The notes under the pieces were generated by a model. It had not been told where the DNA came from and did not search any database. It saw only the letters and a list, made by a program, of their open reading frames with translations. This document shows, in pieces, positions 21,392 through 29,912 of a stretch of 64,000 nt of DNA (its first letter is position 1; each line of letters starts with the position of its first letter). The position numbers were made by a program, and so were the translations under genes. The DNA lies in IMG/VR virus record IMGVR_UViG_3300025778_000010, positions 1-64,000 of that record; one strand, written 5' to 3'. Source of the DNA: a virus.

Positions 21392-21733
21392 TTAACTAAT
21401 ATTTTTTTCTTCTTTTGGAACAATTTTGACGTTCTGAAATTGTTGATTTTGTGGGTTTCCTGGGATTGTAAATTGAGGAGGAACCCCTTTGTCCCCATCA
21501 TTTATGTTATTAACATAGGGGGTTTCTATATGAGATTGTGGCATTACATTGGGAGATGCTGTTGAATTATGTGATACTAGACCGCCAGTTATAAACCCGC
21601 CAAATGTATACCAAAGGGTTGCTGCATCATGGGCAAAACCACGGCATGCCCACGGGATACCCGCTGATATCATGGCTATACCAAGCTGTTTAGCGTCCCC
21701 AATATTAAATTTAAAGTGATGATGTAGATTCAT
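21392..21733 (-). CDS. putative holin / small membrane protein
   Basis: two hydrophobic segments; overlaps the endolysin stop codon. Confidence 0.5.
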   Translation of the reverse strand: MNLHHHFKFNIGDAKQLGIAMISAGIPWACRGFAHDAATLWYTFGGFITGGLVSHNSTASPNVMPQSHIETPYVNNINDGDKGVPPQFTIPGNPQNQQFQNVKIVPKEEKNIS

Positions 21734-22590
21734 AATGATCCCTTTAAAGTATCATAAACTATTTGGGGTACTTGTCCTGCTTTTACTATAATACCCGCTT
21801 TTTTATCAAATATAACAAGTGCTGCCTGTGTTTGAGTATTCATTGTTCCCGTAGCATATTTTGCTACAAGTAAGCCTTTTTTAACTAAAGCTTTTTGAAC
21901 TGTTAATACTGCATCATTAGTTTGACCTAATGTAAAAGAATTTGATGTTGATGGAAATGGTGGAGCATAAAATGCAGTGGGTGTAGGTGTCGGAGTTGCT
22001 GTTGAATTATTAGCAGTGCCAGTATGTGACATTCCAAGTGCTCCTGCAACTCCTGTTCCAACAGTAGCAACTGTTGCCGTTGCTTTTTTACTTGTAGCAA
22101 TAGATTTTGTTGGTTGAACAGTTACTGGATATTTAGGTCTTACAATTGCCATAACATAAAGATATGGACGATGTTCCCTATAACATCCTCCGCCATTTGC
22201 AGCAGATTTTCCTGTTGAATCACTAGTATTAAAACCAATTGTAGTTAATCCATCGGCACTTGCTGCCTCAACAATTTCTACATGTTCTGCAACACCTGTT
22301 CCCCATGAAAAGAAAACAAGATCACCAGGTTGTGCTTGATATTTATTTACAACTAAGCCTTGACGTTGAAACCAATTTAATCCTGCAGGACAATATGCAA
22401 AACCTTTTTGAGTTTGAGCTGCAACAAGATTTGATAATCCAACTTGCCCAAAACACCAACTGATTCCCATTGCACAATAACTTGCGTTTGGAATGCCATA
22501 CCATATTCCGTATGGGTTTTCATTCATAGGTCCTTCAATAAAACCTATTTGACTTCTAGCAACATTTAATACATCAAGTGGCGTTGCCAT
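21730..22590 (-). CDS. endolysin: CHAP amidase + peptidoglycan-binding domain
   Basis: ARSQIG...YCAMGISW...GDLVFF...HVEIVE...GFNTS CHAP signature; C-terminal VLTVQKAL...G.M...TQAAL PG-binding motif. Confidence 0.85.
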   Translation of the reverse strand: MATPLDVLNVARSQIGFIEGPMNENPYGIWYGIPNASYCAMGISWCFGQVGLSNLVAAQTQKGFAYCPAGLNWFQRQGLVVNKYQAQPGDLVFFSWGTGVAEHVEIVEAASADGLTTIGFNTSDSTGKSAANGGGCYREHRPYLYVMAIVRPKYPVTVQPTKSIATSKKATATVATVGTGVAGALGMSHTGTANNSTATPTPTPTAFYAPPFPSTSNSFTLGQTNDAVLTVQKALVKKGLLVAKYATGTMNTQTQAALVIFDKKAGIIVKAGQVPQIVYDTLKGSL

Positions 22591-22593
22591 TTA

Positions 22594-24177
22594 TTAATCC
22601 TGTTGTCTTCCCTCTCCTTGTGGGTTACGTCCAGTACCCATCTTGTCAGGAGCATTTAATGTTCTATCTTGACTACGTGTTTTATTTCCACTTGCATCAG
22701 ATGCTGCATCTTGTGCTGCTTTAGGATTAATAATAAGCACTGCATCACCGCCTTCAAGCGGTGCCATGCCACGACGAGCACGAACTTCGTTAGGAGTAAT
22801 AACTTGATCCTTAAGATAACGATCATCAATGCGTGATTGTGTTTCTTCGTCTGTAAGTGCAAGTTCATTAAATCTAAGAACAAATGCGTCTGTAAATTCT
22901 TTAATAATCAAGTTAATCTTAAACTCAAGCTCTTCTTGACGTGGACGACATACTTGTTCTTTAAATGTTTTGTCAGCATCTTTAGCATTTGCCAAAGAAA
23001 CATTTGCAGGCATACCAAGCTTTGATACTGGTACACGGTGGGCCAAAAGAATACGGTCTCTATTTTCAATAGCATAGTTTTTAAATGAAGAATCTTGAAC
23101 TCCAGCTTCAATAGGTTTCATATCAAACTCTACACGACCTTGTTCACCATCAGATGGTAGAGGAATGTAAAGGGTTCTGTGATTTCTTCCACGCAGTCCT
23201 GTTTGGAAAAATTCAAGCAACTTACGCTCAGAATCAGCTGTAAGCTTTGCACCCTTTACAGTAATAATATAACGTGGTACCGCTTTATTTTCAAAGTAAT
23301 CTAAATTAAATCTTTGTGCAAATTCATCGCCTGCTACAGCATTTTTTGCTGCAAGGATATCTGGTACGCCATAATAGGTGTTTGATGGAGTAAATACTTT
23401 AAAATGAATTACTTCATTTGGCTGTGGATCTGTACCAATTTGATCAGGAGTTTCTGTGTCTCCAAAATTTCTAAAAAATGTATAACGGTTATAAACAACT
23501 TGTACAAAGCCATCACGGTGACGACGAATACGCATAGTGGTTGTAGGAATATGTCCAAGATAACCAATTTTTCCTGTTGATGTACGTCCTACTTCAAGAT
23601 AAGCATTTCCTGTTGACTCAAGATCAATAAAAACTTTTTTCATATTTTCAATAAATGAATCATCTGAGTTCATTGATTCAAGATAATTACGCAACTCTTC
23701 TTTTGCTTGCTCTAACTTGTTACGCAATTTATCAAGTTTTTTTGGGTTATCCATAACCTCTTCAATTTTAGATGTTGTGTTCCAAGTATTATCAAACTTG
23801 TACCCCAAACCAACCACGTTTGCTGCTTTAGCATTTACTGCAGAGTGATGATATGGAGATACATCATAAAGTTGTGCTAGATAAAGCATATTGTATGGAG
23901 GTTGAACAATTTGAAATAATGAATATCCTGTTAAATCTAATGGGTCAAGCTTTTTAGATTTAGCATCTTGAATACCAGTAAAGGATTTTTCTAGTCTTGA
24001 AGCATTTCTTCTAAAGTTTGCACTTAATCCTTCTGACTTTTTAATCTCTTCCCATGGCTGTGAAAATGGATCAGGAAATTCTTGTTCTCTTTTTCTAAAA
24101 ATGCCAAGATCAGCATCTGAGGTAATCTGTACCTCATCGCCTTCATCATCATTCATAATTGTTACATTGTGTTCCAT
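22594..24177 (-). CDS. portal protein
   Basis: 527 aa; DLESTGNAYLE, EVIHFK...YYGVPD, YFENKAVP, ITPNEVR motifs. Confidence 0.92.
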   Translation of the reverse strand: MEHNVTIMNDDEGDEVQITSDADLGIFRKREQEFPDPFSQPWEEIKKSEGLSANFRRNASRLEKSFTGIQDAKSKKLDPLDLTGYSLFQIVQPPYNMLYLAQLYDVSPYHHSAVNAKAANVVGLGYKFDNTWNTTSKIEEVMDNPKKLDKLRNKLEQAKEELRNYLESMNSDDSFIENMKKVFIDLESTGNAYLEVGRTSTGKIGYLGHIPTTTMRIRRHRDGFVQVVYNRYTFFRNFGDTETPDQIGTDPQPNEVIHFKVFTPSNTYYGVPDILAAKNAVAGDEFAQRFNLDYFENKAVPRYIITVKGAKLTADSERKLLEFFQTGLRGRNHRTLYIPLPSDGEQGRVEFDMKPIEAGVQDSSFKNYAIENRDRILLAHRVPVSKLGMPANVSLANAKDADKTFKEQVCRPRQEELEFKINLIIKEFTDAFVLRFNELALTDEETQSRIDDRYLKDQVITPNEVRARRGMAPLEGGDAVLIINPKAAQDAASDASGNKTRSQDRTLNAPDKMGTGRNPQGEGRQQD

Positions 24178-24178
24178 A

Positions 24179-24517
24179 TTAACCTAACTCCATCTCCCGC
24201 ATTTCTTTAACGTATTCCATCATTGCTGGTAAATCTTGAGGGTCTGGAACTAAACCTAATTCTGCCCGAGATTTTTGTTCTTCTAATTCTTCATCGGTAA
24301 CGGGTCTGTGACCAGAAAAGAACAGGGGCTGACCTTCATCTAAATCATATTCTTTTGCCGCTTTTTTTAATTTATTAATTTGCCTGATGTCTCCACGCAT
24401 TGAAGGAATGCTTAAATAAGCTCCTTCTTCGTCTCTTACAACAGAACCGTCTGGCATCTGCCAAACATACATGCCCCAATTAACTTCATCAACTGGTGTT
24501 ACTTTCATCTTACCCAT
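24179..24517 (-). CDS. conserved hypothetical protein upstream of the portal
   Basis: 112 aa; leaderless start 7 nt after TGGTATTAT. Confidence 0.7.
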   Translation of the reverse strand: MGKMKVTPVDEVNWGMYVWQMPDGSVVRDEEGAYLSIPSMRGDIRQINKLKKAAKEYDLDEGQPLFFSGHRPVTDEELEEQKSRAELGLVPDPQDLPAMMEYVKEMREMELG

Positions 24518-24584
24518 ATGCTTATAATACCATTTCTACTAGGTAAAGCCTAAATATTGAACAGTTACCTGCCAAAATTACTTA

Positions 24585-25313
24585 CTATCTATATCTTTTT
24601 GGTACCCAAAGATGCTTTTTATAATACCCAACAATGTATTTTTTCTTTCTTTCCATTGCCCAATGTGCACTTTGTTGCAGATCTTTGTTTACTTTACTTT
24701 CCCATTCAGCTCTTTTAACTGGAAGTACATGCATATATGGCGTACCCGCTGGGATTATCCCTTCAAAACCTTCTTTAATGTGAAATGTGACGTTTCCAGC
24801 ACCCCAGTATTGATCTGTATCCATAATTCCTGAAACTGTCGTAAAAGGTAAATCTGTTCGATTTAAGGGGTGTGTAAAAAGAGTAGACCAACCTTTTGGC
24901 GTTTTTACACCCCAATGCATATTCCAAGAAAAGTGTGCGTTGTAATGCCCTGGTGGTGTAGGATATTGTTCTACATGTCTAACAGCTAAAGGCGATAGCG
25001 TATCTGGCCTCCAAGTTAATTGTGGAATACCTCTGACATTTTTAACAACAATATCACACCAAGTTACATAATGGTAGCCACCTGTTAGTGCATCTAAATA
25101 AACCATGCAGTGTTTTAGAGATGCATTTACACTTTTATTATCTAATGGACCTAAAACAAGTTCATCTCCTCTATGATATTTTGGCATTTTTTTCCAAAAA
25201 TCAGGAACATTTTTAATTGCTGAAACAGGACCGTCAACTATCTGAAATACGTCTTCTGTCCAAGGATAGAATTCAATTAACTGTTTTTGATCTTTATTTT
25301 TTTTACCAAACAT
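24585..25313 (-). CDS. hypothetical protein (dUTPase-like beta-fold family common in aquatic phages)
   Basis: KHC...DALTGGY, W..KTPKGWSTLFTHPLNR..LPF...SGIMDTD, IPAGTP motifs. Confidence 0.55.
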   Translation of the reverse strand: MFGKKNKDQKQLIEFYPWTEDVFQIVDGPVSAIKNVPDFWKKMPKYHRGDELVLGPLDNKSVNASLKHCMVYLDALTGGYHYVTWCDIVVKNVRGIPQLTWRPDTLSPLAVRHVEQYPTPPGHYNAHFSWNMHWGVKTPKGWSTLFTHPLNRTDLPFTTVSGIMDTDQYWGAGNVTFHIKEGFEGIIPAGTPYMHVLPVKRAEWESKVNKDLQQSAHWAMERKKKYIVGYYKKHLWVPKRYR

Positions 25314-26322
25314 TATAACTTCTTTCTAAATCATAAATATGCCTTGCTCTAGTATATTCGGCTTTATCAGTTTTGGCAAATTGCTCCATTTGCTCATAAA
25401 ATAATTTATAATTAATTCCTGATACTTCTTCATAATCATCTAAATCTTGTTGAGATGGGGCACCCCATTTACCTAAAACTTTACCCGTCAAAAGATCTTT
25501 ATTTCTTAAAAGCCCTTCTATTGCAAGATGATAAAATGTTACGTTATTTTTATCTTTTACAGAAAGCATGTTTCTCCAGGAATTTTCAGGCATAGTTTTA
25601 TTATGCATGGCTCTTGTCCACATTGTGTCTTCTTTGATTGCAAAAAATTGATAACCTCTAGTCCAAGATCTCATAGCAGTTATATTTTCTTCATGGTATT
25701 TAATTTTTACATCAAAAGGAATTTCTTCAAGATACGTGCCTTTTGTAAAAAGAAAATTTGCTGCAATTAAATATTGCTCATGATAAAAAGTTTTAAAATT
25801 TATTTTTTGAGGATGTGGTGTTGGTAATCCAGTGTTGGCAAAAATATCTTCATTAATCTCTCTAAAAGTCATGCCCCAAGGTTCTATATCAGACATATCT
25901 TTTTTATCATCTTGATTTAAAATATTGCCAAAATCGTCTTTTGACCAAGTTGGTACAAGAGTTGTTATAATGGGTTTATAAAAAAGTTTATTTAATTCTT
26001 CATGCCTTTTAATAAGTATTGTATCCCAATTACTTTTAAATATTGTATGAGCATCTATTTGTAAATAGTAATCTTCGTCTTCATATAAAGACGCAACAAT
26101 TTTTCTTGATTGCCCAGTGCCTAATCCTATTGAATAATCTGATTTAACATATTTAACATTTGGATACATTGATATATCTGGAAAGTTGCCGTCAGTATAA
26201 TGTAACAATATTCCAAAATGAACATTTTCTGGGTACTTTGCATTACTTAAAGCTGTTGTAATTGTTAAATCAATATCTTCTTCATTATAAGCTGGAAAAC
26301 CAATAAAAATAGTTTTTTTCAT
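25303..26322 (-). CDS. glycosyltransferase, GT60/Skp1 hydroxyproline GlcNAc-transferase-like
   Basis: TIFIGFPAY...T...A..P; YYLQIDAHTIF..NWD; ANFLF; EE...AMRSWTRGY match the GlcNAc (PF11397-like) family pattern. Confidence 0.78.
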   Translation of the reverse strand: MKKTIFIGFPAYNEEDIDLTITTALSNAKYPENVHFGILLHYTDGNFPDISMYPNVKYVKSDYSIGLGTGQSRKIVASLYEDEDYYLQIDAHTIFKSNWDTILIKRHEELNKLFYKPIITTLVPTWSKDDFGNILNQDDKKDMSDIEPWGMTFREINEDIFANTGLPTPHPQKINFKTFYHEQYLIAANFLFTKGTYLEEIPFDVKIKYHEENITAMRSWTRGYQFFAIKEDTMWTRAMHNKTMPENSWRNMLSVKDKNNVTFYHLAIEGLLRNKDLLTGKVLGKWGAPSQQDLDDYEEVSGINYKLFYEQMEQFAKTDKAEYTRARHIYDLERSYNVW

Positions 26323-26331
26323 ATAAAAACC

Positions 26332-28539
26332 TTATTGTTTTGTTGGTGGTCGGTAATTATGAACTAAAATATCATCTGCGTAATAAAGGTGATCTGGGCC
26401 AGTTTCTAGTGTAACTACCATAGTCATCTTGCTGTCATAAGTTATAGTATTAATTGGTATAATGCTGTTATCTTGAAAAGACATTAAGTTATCTTTTACT
26501 TTTAAATCTTGTGCTTGTAAAAATTGCCACTCGCCATTTCTTTCTACAAATACATAATGTTCCCATGTTATTTTTAAAAATTCATTAATTGTATAATACC
26601 CCTGATTAATTCTATGCTTAACTGATTTAACAAATGTTGTAATTGGAACAATTCCTTCTAAAGTTTTTGTTGACCAAACAGACGCTGGTGACCAATCTTG
26701 TGGATCTTCAGTTTGAGGATAGTTTGGAATATAAGCAGTATCTAGCTCCATCCCAACTTTTAATCTTTCAATTTCAACAGAACTTCCATTAGAGAGTCTT
26801 ATCATTGTTCCATAAGCTAAACACCCTCCCCCTCCAACACCCACTCCAACACCAACACCCACTCCAACACCCACTCCAACACCAACACCCACTCCAACAC
26901 CCACTCCAACACCAACTGGTGGATTAAAGAAACAATAATATGGTGAGACACCCACTCCAACACCCACTCCAACACCAACTGGTGGATTAAAGAAACAATA
27001 ATATGGTGAGACACCCACTCCAACGCCCACTCCAACACCAACACCCACTCCAACGCCTACTGGCACTGGTATAACAGTTAATGTAGCAGCAGATAATAGC
27101 GGAACTTCTCCATCAAAAGCTTGAATTGCATATGTTCCATATGATGAAGGTGCAGTAAAAGATGCATTTAATGCACCAAAAATTGTTTGATTTACTCCAT
27201 TAACAGAAATATTTGTAAGTGGTTGGGGTCCACTAATATTTAGTGTAACTGTTCCATTTGGATATGCAGTATAAGAAGTTGAACCTATGCTATCTTGTTG
27301 TGCTGGGCTTACACCTACACCAACTCCTACGCCAACACCAACTGGTGAGACACCAACAGGGGCGGAAGCCGAATAAGAGTAATAGCTTACATTTACTGCT
27401 GTTCCACCTGTTACGACTGTTCCTGGATTAACTGATTGTGAAAAAACATATTGATCTTGACTTGAATTTGAAGTTGTTTGAGATGTTGTTGTTCCTAATA
27501 CTAAACCTACTTGAGTTAAAGCATTTTGAGCATTATTTAAAGTTAATCCCACAATATTTGGAACAGTAGCTGTTGGAGGTGTATAAATAATTAAAGTTAA
27601 AGTAATTGCTAAAATATTAATATAAGGGCCAGGTAGGGGTGATTGGCTTAATACATAACCACCTAAAGCATTGTATGGTTGATATTGTGATTGTGTAGAA
27701 GAAATTACAGATGTATAAACTGTAAGACCTAAAGATTGTAGTTGATTATAAGCAGTATTATAATCTAATGTTGTTACATTTGGTATTACAACTGTTGTGC
27801 CAGTTATTGTTAAAGTTGTTGGTTGTGAAGTAATTAAATTATTATTAACATCATAAGCGGTTACAGTAATGTTTGCTACCCCTGGCACGGTTGCTGCAAA
27901 ATTAGTCGTTCCTGTATAAGATATTGCAGTTTGTACATTTTTAGAAAAATCTTGAAAAAATATTTTATAATATGAAGCAGCATTAAATGTATTCCAAGAT
28001 ACTGTAACATTTAAACCCGAACCTTGCACTGCTACTGGATAAAGATAATATTGTGTTACAGAACTACCACTTGTGCCATACGATTGAGATATGAATTGAA
28101 CGGTAGACGGAGGAAGAGCAGTTTGTGCAATAAAAGGTGAAGTTTTATTTAAAGCAATATTAATATACTGACTAATATAAGCATCTGTAGTTGAAATTGA
28201 TGATTCTACAGAACTTGTAGATTGTGCTTGTGCTTGAACACTATTAATATCTTGCACATTAATTTGAGCAATAATAGAATTAGTTAAATAATTAAAACCT
28301 TGATTATAAAAACTATTTGCTTGTGTAGGGCTATTTGCTGACGAAATTAATGAAAAAAGATATTGTGCTTGTACAGCATTATTTAAAGAAATATTATAAG
28401 TATTTGTTTGATCAGGTATATTAGTTAATTGTGCTGCTGTACCAGGAACAAGGTTATTTGCTGAAATTACGCCATTAGATCTGGGATCATTTGTCGCATT
28501 ACCCGTTGCTGGGTATTGTGAAAAATCATTTACTGCCAC
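26332..28539 (-). CDS. virion appendage protein: two PASTA domains, (Gly-Val)n repeats, C-terminal Hint domain
   Basis: VIPNVTTL..AYNQLQSLGL..VLSQSPLPG and VPNIVGL..AQNALTQVGL..VFSQSVNPG = PASTA; GGGG|CLAYGT...ITWEH...ILVHN = Hint. Confidence 0.8.
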   Translation of the reverse strand: MAVNDFSQYPATGNATNDPRSNGVISANNLVPGTAAQLTNIPDQTNTYNISLNNAVQAQYLFSLISSANSPTQANSFYNQGFNYLTNSIIAQINVQDINSVQAQAQSTSSVESSISTTDAYISQYINIALNKTSPFIAQTALPPSTVQFISQSYGTSGSSVTQYYLYPVAVQGSGLNVTVSWNTFNAASYYKIFFQDFSKNVQTAISYTGTTNFAATVPGVANITVTAYDVNNNLITSQPTTLTITGTTVVIPNVTTLDYNTAYNQLQSLGLTVYTSVISSTQSQYQPYNALGGYVLSQSPLPGPYINILAITLTLIIYTPPTATVPNIVGLTLNNAQNALTQVGLVLGTTTSQTTSNSSQDQYVFSQSVNPGTVVTGGTAVNVSYYSYSASAPVGVSPVGVGVGVGVGVSPAQQDSIGSTSYTAYPNGTVTLNISGPQPLTNISVNGVNQTIFGALNASFTAPSSYGTYAIQAFDGEVPLLSAATLTVIPVPVGVGVGVGVGVGVGVGVSPYYCFFNPPVGVGVGVGVGVSPYYCFFNPPVGVGVGVGVGVGVGVGVGVGVGVGVGVGGGGCLAYGTMIRLSNGSSVEIERLKVGMELDTAYIPNYPQTEDPQDWSPASVWSTKTLEGIVPITTFVKSVKHRINQGYYTINEFLKITWEHYVFVERNGEWQFLQAQDLKVKDNLMSFQDNSIIPINTITYDSKMTMVVTLETGPDHLYYADDILVHNYRPPTKQ
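26356..26823 (-). other. Hint (intein-like/BIL) autoprocessing domain
   Basis: Cys1 (CLAYGTMI), block B TxxH (ITWEH), terminal HN followed by Tyr and only 7 residues. Confidence 0.8.
26830..27062 (-). repeat. tandem hexamer repeats encoding (GV)n, including a 63-bp unit duplication (VGVGVGVGVGVSPYYCFFNPP)
   Basis: ccaaca/cccact arrays; actggtggattaaagaaacaataatatggtgagaca recurs at 26915 and 26978. Confidence 0.95.
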
Positions 28540-28546
28540 GATACTA

Positions 28547-28873
28547 CTACGAATTCACTCCGCTAATAGTTACATTTAATCCATTTGTTATGTTAGCAAG
28601 ACTATACAAAGAGTCGCCTACATAGCAAACTAGCGATAAATTAAATGCAGAGGTTGTATTAGCTGGCACAACCACATTGCCGTATATTAAGTTTGAAAGA
28701 CTTCCAACTTGTTGCCCCGAAGGAATTAAATATAAACTAAAGTTTAAGTTACCATTAGTTACATTTGTAATAAGAATTTGTTTTACAATAGAATTAGAGC
28801 CAAATGTATAAAGGTTTGTTGGCTGTGTTGTTAAGGCCGTTGGCCCTACAAATCTGTTTAGCGAATATGCCAT
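28547..28873 (-). CDS. small virion structural protein (paralog of 33825..34142)
   Basis: RF.GP..L.T....LYT....IVKQI.I.N...ISGV pattern shared with 33825..34142. Confidence 0.6.
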   Translation of the reverse strand: MAYSLNRFVGPTALTTQPTNLYTFGSNSIVKQILITNVTNGNLNFSLYLIPSGQQVGSLSNLIYGNVVVPANTTSAFNLSLVCYVGDSLYSLANITNGLNVTISGVNS

Positions 28874-28876
28874 TTT

Positions 28877-29605
28877 TTACCCCGTAATAGACCATTTAGA
28901 AATCAATGTTTGCTCAAGTTGTAGAATTTCATAAGGTGTTAAAACACGGTTATACAGAAGAAATTCTCCTAAATTAAATTGACCGTATGATGTTAAATAA
29001 CGGCCTAAAGCTTGTCCACTCATACCAGATAAAGATCCGCCAGAAGAGGATTGTCCTACAACAACACCATTTCTTCTTACAATTCTTTGGTTATTTACGG
29101 TATTATAAGTAATTCCATAAATCTCTGGTTGTCCTGCAGATACTGTATTTACAACAGTCTGGGTATCATCCCCACCAAATACTAGTTTAAAAGTATTTGA
29201 AGCAGCATATCCAGCAGCTAGGTTGCTTCTTGTTGCTGCACCCTGACCACCAAAAACGTATGAAGGTGATGATGGAGTCTTTGTTGCAACAAAATAGATT
29301 GTAAATGAAGATGCATTTAAAAATGAAAGTGTTTGATCTGAAAATGTCATAAATGAAGAGGTTCCGTTAAATGCTACGGAAGGCAATCCATTAATAGATG
29401 AAGGAGTAAATACAGGTTGATTTGCTTGTGTTGCTTGAGTAAAATTTCTTCCATTTACAGAACGATCTTTCCAAACGCTTACGTATTGAGTTCCTCCTGA
29501 AGGAACTACAGTAATGTCTGTAGTAGCAGTAGCATCAAGCCAAATTTGTTGACCAAGAATCGTATAGCGGGACTTTCTAAAAATAGACCTTTGATTACTT
29601 AGCAT
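28877..29605 (-). CDS. LamG/concanavalin A-like lectin-fold virion protein
   Basis: WLDA...VSVWKDRSVNG...QAT..NQP...INGLPSVAFNG...GEFLLYNRVLT...KW. Confidence 0.75.
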   Translation of the reverse strand: MLSNQRSIFRKSRYTILGQQIWLDATATTDITVVPSGGTQYVSVWKDRSVNGRNFTQATQANQPVFTPSSINGLPSVAFNGTSSFMTFSDQTLSFLNASSFTIYFVATKTPSSPSYVFGGQGAATRSNLAAGYAASNTFKLVFGGDDTQTVVNTVSAGQPEIYGITYNTVNNQRIVRRNGVVVGQSSSGGSLSGMSGQALGRYLTSYGQFNLGEFLLYNRVLTPYEILQLEQTLISKWSITG

Positions 29606-29909
29606 TCTTCTTACCCCCGCTTAATAAAGCATCAGATTTAATTGAATCTGCATATTCAGTAGCTTCAGATTCTGTATAATCAACAACTTTAACTCCATAA
29701 ATTTTTGTATCTTTACCAATATAAGGATCACATGGAACAACTTTTTGCTTTGTTTCATCATGATCAAGAGTCATAATAACTTCTTGAGCATTTGCAAACT
29801 TTAACCATTCTGGATCTACTCCAGTTTGTGGAAAGCTTACATTTGGAAACACTTGGGCTAAGGTGCCAAATTTATCAATTTTTGCATCCTTAATAGTTGC
29901 GTATATCAT
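29595..29909 (-). CDS. fibre-associated small protein (resembles the N-half of 39350..39859)
   Basis: MIYA.I.D...VFPNVSFP...KQKVV pattern. Confidence 0.5.
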   Translation of the reverse strand: MIYATIKDAKIDKFGTLAQVFPNVSFPQTGVDPEWLKFANAQEVIMTLDHDETKQKVVPCDPYIGKDTKIYGVKVVDYTESEATEYADSIKSDALLSGGKKNAK

Positions 29910-29912
29910 TGA

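Noticed and set aside
26356-26823. Canonical splicing intein / mobile element
   Set aside because: No endonuclease, the +1 residue is Tyr and only 7 residues follow, so it is better read as a cleavage-type Hint domain
26830-27062. Repeat array resembling CRISPR
   Set aside because: Units are in-frame coding repeats with identical intervening sequences; no unique spacers and no cas genes
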